Shown here in pieces: positions 39,475 through 48,600 of a stretch of DNA of 64,000 nucleotides (position 1 is the stretch's first letter; the number at the start of each line of letters is the position of its first letter). This stretch comes from Vitreimonas sp. (GTDB taxonomy: Bacteria > Patescibacteriota > Microgenomatia > UBA1400 > PJMF01). The stretch is from assembly GCA_035627515.1 (NCBI GenBank), contig DASPLQ010000012.1, positions 391,269-455,268 of the forward strand, in the 5' to 3' direction. Made by a program: the position numbers and the translations under genes. A model generated the notes under the pieces. The model made no database searches. It was not told where the DNA came from and saw nothing but the letters and a program-made list of their open reading frames with translations.

Positions 39475-41508
39475 CTAAGAACCCGGAGGTTGATAGCTGT
39501 CGATTGAGTAAGGATCAAGTGGTGAGCCAGTTGCGGCTGGAGCTTTAGTACTGATTGGGGCAGGTGAGGATGTTGCTGCAGTATTTGAGCCAAGCGAGGC
39601 GTTAGGTGTCGGAGCGGCACCACGCAAAGCCCCATTAACCGTGGCCGGAGCTGGACCGGCTGCAGCGGCCGTGCGTGCTAATTGTTGCGCCACGCCGGCT
39701 TGGCGTTTTTTGAGGAGCTCTTCAGGGTTGGTAGTGATGACTTGATGTTCTACGTCACTAGCCACCACGCGCAAAGCCACGTGATTTTGGCCAGCGAAGA
39801 AAATGCCTTCACCGACATCAGCTGACACCAGCAACTGTCGTTCACCTTCGGATAAGTAAAACGTTTCTGCGAGCATCGGAATCGCAGCTGTAGATTGTTT
39901 CATCAAAAATTGAATCGAGGCGTTAGTGACAATAGCTTTGCCGTAGTCGCTGTGCAAGAAGTCTTCCACGTCTTGGGTGATGGTGGTAATACCTAAATAG
40001 TATTTCCGCGCGCGCTTGGCCATGGAGTGGATGAAAGAAGCCGAATCAGGATGCTTCATGAAGTACCACGCCTCATCAATAATTAACAACCGCTTTTTAA
40101 GCGTTTTTTTGATGCGGGTCCAAATGAAGTCTAAAATGATAAACATCGCAATCGGCCGCAGTTCTTCTTCCATTTCTCGGACGGAGAAGACAGTGAACTG
40201 ATTTTTGATGTCGAAGTTTGAAGGTTGGTCAAAAATCCCTCGGAAAGAACCGGTGATGTATTTTTCTAACCGGACTGCAATGTCATTAGCTTCAGCATTT
40301 TCCATACCAATTAACGCTTTGTAGAGGTCTTCCATTAGCGGGGGTTGATTGGTTTGCGTAGCTGGATCAGGAGTAATCCCTTTGGCTTTATAAGCAGCCA
40401 CCAAGGCTCGGTCGAGCATAGCTTCTTGAGAAGACGTCATGTTGCCCAACATCACTTTTAATAATGAATGGAGGGAAATGATCTTTTGACCAAGTTCATT
40501 TTCACCTTCTTCATATAGATTGGATAAATCAAAGGGATTAATTTTTTTATCAGAGTTAAAGGTAAAGTTAATGTACTCACCACCAACTGATTTGGCTAAG
40601 TCTTCATACTCATGTTCGGGGTCGAGCGCAATCACATCGATGCCAAACATTAATTGACGGAGAATTTCTAGCTTCACGGTGTATGATTTTCCGGCACCAG
40701 ATTTGGCGAACACGACCATGTTGGCGTTTTCCATCTTGAAGCGGTCGAAGATGACCAACGAGTCGTTGTGTTCATTGATACCGTAGACAATGCCAGTTTC
40801 CATAGTTAACTCGGACGAAGTGAACGGAAAAGTAGTCGCCAACGAAGTGGTGTCCATGTTACGGGTGACGAGTAATTTATCAACGCCCATCGGCAAGGTG
40901 GTTTTGAAGCCTTCATCCATTTGTAGCGTGGCTTTTTTAGAGACGATTAATAGAGAACCTAAAGTGGATTGAAGATTTTTAGTAACACGATCGAGCTCAT
41001 TTTTATCTTGAGCTTGAATGGTGACGTACAAACCGAATTGATAAAAGCGCTCGGCGCCTTTAGCGAGTTGCTCACGAATTATGCGGGCGTCTTCTAACTT
41101 AACTTCAGTGTTAATATTACTGATTTTTCCGGCCCGGATGTCAGACTGGATTTCAGCTTCCATTTCAGTGATCTTGCGCTTTAAGTTATCCAACACCTCT
41201 TTAACGTCGACTGGAAAAATAAACATCGAGATGTTGAGTTGGTGAGGAAAGTTGATCAAGGGTGACAACCAGTTAGCGGGCACCGTCCGAGGATAACCAG
41301 CCACAAATAAGGTCCGGGTGTAGGTGGAGTTAATTTTCTGATAGGTGAAATCAACCTCAATTGCTTCTGGAGCAATAATATCCTGAATCGTGACTAGACC
41401 CCGCGAAAATTCTTTCAGCTTCTCAACTTCTTGAGCTTCGGCATCTTGTTGTGGATCAGGTTGAGTTTTCTTATTGAAAAACGGCAACGGCAAATTAAAA
41501 CTGGGCAT
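39475..41508 (-). CDS. virB4: VirB4/TrbE/CagE-family T4SS ATPase. The core lacks the extreme N-terminal VirB4 segment and has an Ala/Pro-rich C-terminal tail.
   Basis: Walker A FAKSGAGKS. VirB4-specific Walker B LLIIDEAWYFM (DEAW). The Gram-positive VirB4 N-domain pattern YQKINSTYTRTLFVAGYPRTVPANWLSPLINFP...ISMFIFPVD is present. Confidence 0.75.
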   Translation of the reverse strand: MPSFNLPLPFFNKKTQPDPQQDAEAQEVEKLKEFSRGLVTIQDIIAPEAIEVDFTYQKINSTYTRTLFVAGYPRTVPANWLSPLINFPHQLNISMFIFPVDVKEVLDNLKRKITEMEAEIQSDIRAGKISNINTEVKLEDARIIREQLAKGAERFYQFGLYVTIQAQDKNELDRVTKNLQSTLGSLLIVSKKATLQMDEGFKTTLPMGVDKLLVTRNMDTTSLATTFPFTSSELTMETGIVYGINEHNDSLVIFDRFKMENANMVVFAKSGAGKSYTVKLEILRQLMFGIDVIALDPEHEYEDLAKSVGGEYINFTFNSDKKINPFDLSNLYEEGENELGQKIISLHSLLKVMLGNMTSSQEAMLDRALVAAYKAKGITPDPATQTNQPPLMEDLYKALIGMENAEANDIAVRLEKYITGSFRGIFDQPSNFDIKNQFTVFSVREMEEELRPIAMFIILDFIWTRIKKTLKKRLLIIDEAWYFMKHPDSASFIHSMAKRARKYYLGITTITQDVEDFLHSDYGKAIVTNASIQFLMKQSTAAIPMLAETFYLSEGERQLLVSADVGEGIFFAGQNHVALRVVASDVEHQVITTNPEELLKKRQAGVAQQLARTAAAAGPAPATVNGALRGAAPTPNASLGSNTAATSSPAPISTKAPAATGSPLDPYSIDSYQPPGS

Positions 41509-41590
41509 TGCTCCTTATTGTACGGTACTTTAGGGAGGAAAAGAAAGGGGTGGTGGAGTAAGAAGGGTATATAATGCCGACAAATAAAAG
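41509..41590. promoter_or_regulatory. divergent promoter region between virB4 and the small ORF
   Basis: A -10-like GGTATATAAT at 41560-41570. The RBS AAAGGTGA sits 8 nt upstream of the ATG at 41591. Confidence 0.35.
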
Positions 41591-41824
41591 GTGAAATATA
41601 TGGCAGAAAATGAACGAGAATTAGGGAAAAATGATGAAGCAGAATCAAGGACAGTGGGGCTGTTAAATTGGGAAGAGTTAACTCATGAATCTATCCTCAA
41701 CTTTTTAAGGCTTCAAGGAGGGGTAGAACTGGAAAATCTGTTAGCTCGCCGAACTGTATCTGAAAGACTCCAGATTAATGAGCGGGTAGTGCGACAGGCA
41801 CTTGAAAATGGAAGAAAAAGGTAG
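41591..41824 (+). CDS. small putative DNA-binding protein (77 aa) with a sigma-70 region-4-like HTH
   Basis: ILNFLRLQGG...RTVSERLQINERVVRQALENGRK resembles region 4.2 (LRFGL...TRERVRQIE). It has a good RBS and a -10. Confidence 0.4.
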   Translation: MKYMAENERELGKNDEAESRTVGLLNWEELTHESILNFLRLQGGVELENLLARRTVSERLQINERVVRQALENGRKR

Positions 41825-41866
41825 GTTTAGCGGAAAGGTTTGTTGAAAACACAATTTTTTCTATGC

Positions 41867-41883
41867 TGTGCCAATATTAACAA
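41867..41883. repeat. motif M, copy 2 (first 17 nt conserved)
   Basis: CTGTGCCAATATTAACAA is identical to the start of 25581-25611. Confidence 0.55.
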
Positions 41884-41987
41884 TTTTGAAACAATAAAAC
41901 AGACAATAATTGACAGCTTAAGAAAACAAGGCTTAGAGTTTTCATTGTTTTAAAGATGGTCTTCTTGTTGAGCACAGTTTTTCAGGC

Positions 41988-42016
41988 TTGTATGAATATT
42001 GGCAAAAATCATACAA
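41988..42016. repeat. palindromic motif P, copy 2
   Basis: TTGTATGA-atattggcaaaaa-TCATACAA. The arms match copy 1 and the spacer is the reverse complement of the copy-1 spacer. Confidence 0.6.
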
Positions 42017-42068
42017 ACTACACAAAAACCACTTTTTGAAGAAGAAATGATGAATCACAAACAAAAAC

Positions 42069-43409
42069 CTACAACTCCGCAATCGGCGGTAAATTGCTGG
42101 TTGGCCCAGGTGGGGTGATATCAGTGATAGCTGTTTTGGGATCGGTAGGGTGAGCTGGTTCACCCGGTGGAGTAGAGGATGCTGGTGGTGTGGGAGGCGC
42201 CTCTGCAGCTGGTAATTCACTAATCGTACTGGGTCCGGCTGGAGTGGGAGTAGGAACCGCTGGATCTGGCGCCAATGGTTCAACACTGGCTACAGAAGCA
42301 GTGGGTTGAGGCATGGCAGGCAGAGTGGGGGAGACAGGAGCTTCAACCGACATAACAGTTGTAGGAGCTACCGGAGTGGATGTCATGGCGGGCTGAGTTG
42401 GCGCCGGGGCCTGAAACACAACTTGGTTTTGCACTGGGGTAGCTGGTGGAGCTAGAGGAGTAGGGGAGACCGCTGGAGCAGGGGCAATCACTTCTACCGG
42501 CTGAGCAACAGGAACTTCTGGAACTGGAGTTGGCGCTGTTTCGGTTACAGGCGTAGTGGGAGCTGGCTCAGGTTGAGGTGCCACTGGTTGAGCGACGGCT
42601 TGAGGTTGTTGATAAGCCATAGGATCAGTCGCCGCCGCTTCAGGAGCATACGCTGGTTGAGGCAGTGGTTCCGGGGCTGGCGTAGGAGCTGCGGCCGCTG
42701 TTTGTCCTGTCACCAAGTTTTGCAACTGCATCCGCGCTGAAACTACAGGGGTGGTGTAACTGCGCGTATCAGTGACTTGTTGACCATCTGAAGCTTCAGG
42801 ATTGTAACTTAAGTAGAACAGCTGAATGATATCTTGGGTAGTGAGTTGTTTGGCAAATAAGCCGATGCGACCAAGTTGCGCCATTAAGTGATCGCGCTTA
42901 GGCTCTAAAATGTTACGAGCCTTCTCGATAATCAAACTACGTTCCACGGTACTGACATCAGTTTTTTTGACACCTGGAATCACTGAAGAAGGTGGTAACA
43001 AACCCATTTCCAAAGCACTGGCGGGAATGACCACATAGAATTTTTTATCTAAGACATTACGTTCACGAATTAAATCCGAGACAAAAGCGCGATATTGAGC
43101 AATTTGTTGTTTGCGCAAAGGCGATCCTGCTTGATCCTCCTGGTCTTTGAGGAGTTGTAAATATGAGGTGATATCTTTAGTTTGGGACCGAACCACGATT
43201 TGAATGGGATAGTTCAAAGAGTTAATTAAACCGGCATAAGCGTAAATGACTGCATCTTGTTCTTCCTCAGCAAACAATCCAAAGTTGATGGCGCTGACGT
43301 TGAGAACGAGCGCCACTGCACCATCCTTCATGATCAATAAATCATTGGTTATATCGTAAATATCGAGAAATTGTTGGGTAGTGGAGTGAATTTGGGCAGG
43401 AGTAGGCAT
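42069..43409 (-). CDS. VirB4 N-terminal-domain-like protein fused to a ~220-aa Pro/Ala/Thr-rich disordered tail
   Basis: LIMKDGAVALVLNVSAINFGLFAEEEQDAVIYAYAGLINSLNYPIQIVVRSQTKDITSYL follows the pattern of the first ~90 residues of Gram-positive VirB4 ATPases (dG.y..ilev.pINF.L.s.eEQ...i..y..fln.l....QI...s...d). That pattern is missing from the 39475..41508 ORF. Confidence 0.5.
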   Translation of the reverse strand: MPTPAQIHSTTQQFLDIYDITNDLLIMKDGAVALVLNVSAINFGLFAEEEQDAVIYAYAGLINSLNYPIQIVVRSQTKDITSYLQLLKDQEDQAGSPLRKQQIAQYRAFVSDLIRERNVLDKKFYVVIPASALEMGLLPPSSVIPGVKKTDVSTVERSLIIEKARNILEPKRDHLMAQLGRIGLFAKQLTTQDIIQLFYLSYNPEASDGQQVTDTRSYTTPVVSARMQLQNLVTGQTAAAAPTPAPEPLPQPAYAPEAAATDPMAYQQPQAVAQPVAPQPEPAPTTPVTETAPTPVPEVPVAQPVEVIAPAPAVSPTPLAPPATPVQNQVVFQAPAPTQPAMTSTPVAPTTVMSVEAPVSPTLPAMPQPTASVASVEPLAPDPAVPTPTPAGPSTISELPAAEAPPTPPASSTPPGEPAHPTDPKTAITDITPPGPTSNLPPIAEL

Positions 43410-43440
43410 GGTTTAAGTAACTGTGTAATGATATCAAATC

Positions 43441-44583
43441 TTAATTTAAACTCCTAATCTCTAATGGCTCGACCACGTTCCCACTTAAGACCAACTGCAG
43501 CGGCGTAAACTGCCAGCCGTCTTTATCGATCACCAGCGAGTACGTCCCGTTAGCCAACGGTGTCGTGATGAAAAATTGACCTAAGGCATTGGTTTTGACA
43601 GCCCGTGCGACCATTCCTGAAGCATCTTGAATTTCCACGATGGCATCATTGATTAAGTCATTTTTTGTCGAGAGCACCATGCCCACCAATTTATTTGGTT
43701 CGGTGGGTTTGAGAGGGAAGGGTAAGTTGGCATTCATAGCCGCCGCTTGAGTTTGGTTTAAGTTAAGCGCTTGCGTGGGGGCAGTGACAGTACTATAGAC
43801 TGCCTGACCCACGGTATGCACATACCCTTCTTGTGTCGCTTCTTCTTCAGCGATGCCTTTTTTAACATCGACGGTTTGCAGTTCAGGCACCTCGATGTTA
43901 TGGGCCACTTGATCTGTTTCTAAGACTTGTTTATTGACTGCTTCAGAGACGTGATGAGTTGCAGCCACTTCCATCGTGAAAACCGGTGTATAGGTAGCAT
44001 CGGTAGTGACAGCATCGAGTTGAGCTTCAGGCTCTTTCAAGCTGTGGGGCCGGACGACTAAAGAAGGACGATGAGCTTGTTGGACTGAATCAACTTGGGT
44101 GACGATGACTTCGCCAAAGCTGGCTAAAATGGCGGCCATGCGTTGGCGCTCATACGCTTCGTCGGGATCGACATAGCCCACCGATAACGAACCCAAATAC
44201 TCTTTGATGCGTTGGCGACGAGCGGGAGTCAAGTCGATTTCAACAGTATTATTGGTTTCACCTTGAGGTTTATATAAAAAAGGATCAGGAATTTTAGGAT
44301 CTTTGCGCCAAAAAAACTTGGTTGGTTTATAAAGGACACTGAAAAAAGTCACGATCCAGTGATCGAGAGGACGCTCCTCAAATGGCACAAAGGCAGCCAT
44401 CGCTCCCACAGCCACCGCCAAACCAATGAAGGGCCACTTGATTACATTTGGCAAATTGGTGGTGTGAATCATGAAACCCACCACACAGCCCGCTCCAACT
44501 TCGAGGAACTGTTTGAGGGTCATGTTACCGATAATATGAAACCGGTAACCAACCACGTCTTGAGGAATGGCGTGTTCACGCAT
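43441..44583 (-). CDS. VirB3/PrgI-like two-TM membrane protein with a C-terminal beta-sandwich (carboxypeptidase-regulatory-like) domain
   Basis: The N-terminus IPQDVVGYRFHIIGNMTLKQFLEVGAGCVVGFMI...WPFIGLAVAVGAMAAFVPF has two TM helices. It resembles the PrgI family and sits immediately upstream of the VirB4-N ORF. The C-terminal part is MVLSTKNDLINDAIVEIQD...GQFFITTPLANGTYSLVI. Confidence 0.4.
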   Translation of the reverse strand: MREHAIPQDVVGYRFHIIGNMTLKQFLEVGAGCVVGFMIHTTNLPNVIKWPFIGLAVAVGAMAAFVPFEERPLDHWIVTFFSVLYKPTKFFWRKDPKIPDPFLYKPQGETNNTVEIDLTPARRQRIKEYLGSLSVGYVDPDEAYERQRMAAILASFGEVIVTQVDSVQQAHRPSLVVRPHSLKEPEAQLDAVTTDATYTPVFTMEVAATHHVSEAVNKQVLETDQVAHNIEVPELQTVDVKKGIAEEEATQEGYVHTVGQAVYSTVTAPTQALNLNQTQAAAMNANLPFPLKPTEPNKLVGMVLSTKNDLINDAIVEIQDASGMVARAVKTNALGQFFITTPLANGTYSLVIDKDGWQFTPLQLVLSGNVVEPLEIRSLN

Positions 44584-44620
44584 ACTACTATGGTAGCAAA
44601 TTTCAGGCAGGAAAAGAAGT

Positions 44621-45643
44621 TTACAATGGTAAACCGGTGCGGACAGCTGGGGTTAAGACCTCAATCGTGAAACTGTCTTGAGTGGTGTTTTTGGCAGTGC
44701 CGGTAAAATGATAAAACGGATACGCCAAGTTACTCTTACTATCAGTTCTGTACTCCAAACTCACACTGGTCATTTCGCCATCGGCAACATCACGGATATC
44801 GAGTGGCAAAGCGGTGTCATCATAGGCAGCGATGATGGAGCCTTGGTTGCGGTTGGTTAAGTTTTCCAGGGCTTCATTAACGGAAATTAACTCCACATTT
44901 TGATTGGCACGAGTCAGTGAGTAACTAGGTGTGAATGTGGCGCTTTGGACTTGTTGCCGAGCATTGACTATTATTACCACTGGCGGATTAGCTTGATAAT
45001 TAAAGAATACCGGAATGTCCTCAAATACATAACTAAACGGCACCCGGGCCATTTGGGCTTGAGAGGAATCAACTTCTTCACTTTCCACCGCCGCTGCGTA
45101 ATAGGTGATTTGGTTTTCCAGCGCTTTCAGCTCGAGAGCGCTCAAATATTCATCTACGAAGCCCTGGGAAATATCTAAAGCTTCGGTTTTGGTAATAATA
45201 CCGGCGCTGTCGGTGGCGACCACGTCTTGAGTGAGGCTTAACTCACCAGTGTTTACGTCTTTGCTTAAACTATAGCGGTCGCCAACCCACAAACCTTTTG
45301 AACTTGGGTGGGGTTGGAGTTGGAAATCATTCACGATCTCGCTTTCGATCTCTGCGGTGGCAAACGGCGTAGCTGACAATAAGGGCAAAGTTGCCGGCTG
45401 AGTAAATGGCTCACCCACGTACCGAAAACCGGCAAAGTTAGTAGTGCTGCCGTCGGCATTGGCGGTAGTAAACTCAGTCGTGGGAACTTCGGAAATCGGA
45501 GGAGTCAATAACCGTAAGGTCAACGCAATGACGATGCCGACAAGCGCAAACGCCAGCAAATACCATAGCCAACGGCTACTGAACGGGTTCGGTGTAACAG
45601 GTTCGGACGGGATCGTAAAGTTTGACATCTTTATCAGGCACAA
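44621..45643 (-). CDS. bitopic membrane protein (340 aa). It could be the VirB8/TcpC-like component by position and topology.
   Basis: A single N-terminal TM (WLWYLLAFALVGIVIALTL) with the rest extracytoplasmic. No motif-level support. Confidence 0.35.
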   Translation of the reverse strand: MCLIKMSNFTIPSEPVTPNPFSSRWLWYLLAFALVGIVIALTLRLLTPPISEVPTTEFTTANADGSTTNFAGFRYVGEPFTQPATLPLLSATPFATAEIESEIVNDFQLQPHPSSKGLWVGDRYSLSKDVNTGELSLTQDVVATDSAGIITKTEALDISQGFVDEYLSALELKALENQITYYAAAVESEEVDSSQAQMARVPFSYVFEDIPVFFNYQANPPVVIIVNARQQVQSATFTPSYSLTRANQNVELISVNEALENLTNRNQGSIIAAYDDTALPLDIRDVADGEMTSVSLEYRTDSKSNLAYPFYHFTGTAKNTTQDSFTIEVLTPAVRTGLPL

Positions 45644-48600
45644 AGTTGCGAATGCGACTGCTGGAAGTATTATAGAACTGTCCGCTAGTATTAGAAACCT
45701 CGTAATGAAGGTGTGGTCCCGTAATCACAACCTTCGCTGAGCCACCGGTAGAACCAACTTCACCAATGGGATGTCCAGCGGGAATCTCTTTATCATTTGA
45801 TAAGCGCGAATCGATTTTACTTAAATGAGCAAACACGAATCGTTCACTACCGGTATCAAGCACGACATACTTGCCAAAAGAACCAAAACCACCCCCCAAA
45901 CTGTTAATCTTAACAGTTCCAGCAAACGGTGTATAAACAGGTACACCACGGTTGGCACCAATGTCAAAGGAGTCAGATTTGCCATGCGAGTGAGAGCCAA
46001 ACGGTAATTGCGTAATCCGACCATCAACTGGCCAGCAGCCGTTTTGATTTTGTGGACACTCACCAATACAAATCACCTCTGCGCCACTGGCATTCAAGTT
46101 CTCACCAGATTTGTTTTCTTCTCCTCGTTCTAACAGTTCCGGAGTAGCCTGAGCTGAGAATAAAATTTCTACTTTATTAGAAACGTTACTGTCTCTAAAT
46201 GCCGAGTCAAAGGTTTGAGAATACGGATTGAGCGTGATTTCTTCACCACTATTAAGAATAATTTCACCATCGACCAGCCGCTCAGCCGGCACGAGCTCGG
46301 CGGTAGTCCGGGTGGGAAGGGTCGGTGTGGGGTCAGAGCCGCGGGTCTCAGTGTTAAGTTTGACCGTCATTACGTCCACGACGTTGCGAATTTTTAAGTC
46401 ATAACCTTTGTTGGCTTTGATGGTAATCGAGTAATCTGCCGTGGCAGGCAGCTCAGCATTTTCGAATTTAATTTTTGGTGAGACGCGTTTTTCGATGGTC
46501 ACATAAGGAGAGAGTTCACCACTCGAATCAGTGGTTGGCAGAGGTTGCAAGGTGGTGGAAACAGTGGCGGCAGCAGTCATGAACGTAGTCACCCCAATGA
46601 TGCCAGCGCCCGCTACCGAAGCTCCCACTACACCAAAGCCACCCCCCCCGGCTGCAGCTCCAGCACCGCCACTACCCAAGATGCCCCCACCGCCACCTCC
46701 TGAAGCAGCACCGCTGCCAAAAGGGTTAGTCAGGATATTACCAGCGCCACCACCTCCCGTAAGAGAAGAGAAGGCGCCACTAATTGAATTTAAGCCATTT
46801 TGAATGAAGGAACCAATGCCGTAGCCGACTCCAGCTCCACCGATGGCACCACCTAGCGCGCCAAACGGACCTCCTACTGAACCTAAAAACGCCCCTACGC
46901 CAGCTCCCACCCCGGTGGTCAGCGCAATGATGGGTGATTTGTTCATCAACATCAAGAAGGCAGTAGTCAAACCTGTAGCACCTGCCGCCAGCCCCATCAG
47001 GATTTTTTCACGATTATTAAGGACCTTTTGGGCGATGCGCTCTACAGCGGCTCCTCCTACAGGAGTCATGTATGCCGAGGCCAATGTCCCCAGGGCTTTG
47101 GCAGCGACAGCGTCAGTAGCAGCGCGCAAACGATCATTGGCTGCCATGCCTTCTGGTTTACCACCCATTACGTATTGGCGAAGTTTGTCCACAGCACTGA
47201 GGCCTTTGGTGGCTGGGCCGCCCTCTCCGGCACCGGCAGCTCCTGGGCTTGTTTGGGCGCCACCTCCTAGAGTCCGGATGGTGTTCATTACCGAGTGCGG
47301 CACGAAGCCGTTGCCAGGGTTGCCACCCACTTGTTCGACTTCGACAGTGTTCAGGTGGAGCTCAGTAAAAATTTCATACCGGATTTCATAGGAAATCAGC
47401 AAATGAGCCGGAACTTCTTGACCACTTTTTTGTGCAGGGAGCGTATACGCATTGACTAGATCTTCAGCTGTGATGTGAGTTTGAAGTAACTTAGCTGGAG
47501 CCTGAGTCCGAGCTGCAGCTTGGTGAAACCACTGGGTGTGTTGCTGGGAGTCTTGAGTTTCGGCCGGAAAAATATGTTGAAACTGGGCTAAGCCCTTTTC
47601 ACCTTTAGGATCAAATTCTGCAAATAACTGTTGATAATACGTCGTTAGTTCTGGTCGGAGTTGGTCGAGCTCAGCTGGTTTAATCTCAAAGCCAAACAGC
47701 GTCTGAAAGTCTTTTGGTGACAAAAATTGAATCCAGTCATCAGAATGACCTGTAATCGCCAAGGCTTCTAATCGTGCTTTGGTGCTCCGTAGTTTACCTA
47801 AATCATTGGGATTGCCTGAAGCATCAAGCGTAATCAGGCCAGCTTCAGCCAGCTTTTGTTTCAGGTAAGAGGCTGATTTAGGTTCTTGGCCAATATTGGC
47901 TCCTACAGCCGGTGTCACTTCTGTGAACTGTGTTTGTGGTTGTGTAGTCTGGGGGAGTTGATAGCGAATGGCTACGTCGCTGACATTAAAGTAGGTATGC
48001 AGGTGTTGAAGTTCCCGCACCAGGCCGCTCATGTTGTTTTTGGTGAGCAATTTTTCCAGATCCGCTGGGTTAGTTTCTTGGAGACGACTCAAGTGGATAT
48101 CTACGTAGCCCGAGACTAAGCTCTCGAGGTCAGCCATCGGCATGGTGTTAATATCGAAGCCTTCATTGACCAGCTGCGCCTTCATGCTGGCCAGCAAGCC
48201 ATATTGGAGGGTCGTTTTGACGCGGGCTAGTTGTTTAGCGGCTTCTTCGGGAGCCATGGTGCCGGCTGCAATCTCGGCTGCAATTTCCGCAGCTCCCAGA
48301 GGTTTAGCAAGCTGGTTTTTGGTAATTTCTTCAGGTTTTTGTTCAGTCTGAGGTTCCTGGGTGGTTTTCGTCTCAGGTTTTTGGTCGTCATCGAGATCGT
48401 CCTCGGTCACCAGTTTCTCGTCGGCATCTTTTTCTTTTTGTGGTTGAGCTAATTTTTGCTCAGCCTCTACAAAGGCAGGGAGATTAGTAGCTAAAACCTG
48501 CAGCGCACTCGACAAACGCCCCAGATTAACGGGCGTCAAAAACGCGGCTTCATTAAAGCGTTCTGCAGATTGAGGATCTTGGCCCAAGCTCAAGAGTTCT

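Noticed and set aside
46531-47391. Plus-strand ORFs 46531..46803 and 46843..47391 (Pro/Ala-rich)
   Set aside because: They are the antisense of the polyglycine region of the 1142-aa M23 protein gene. This is a compositional artefact.
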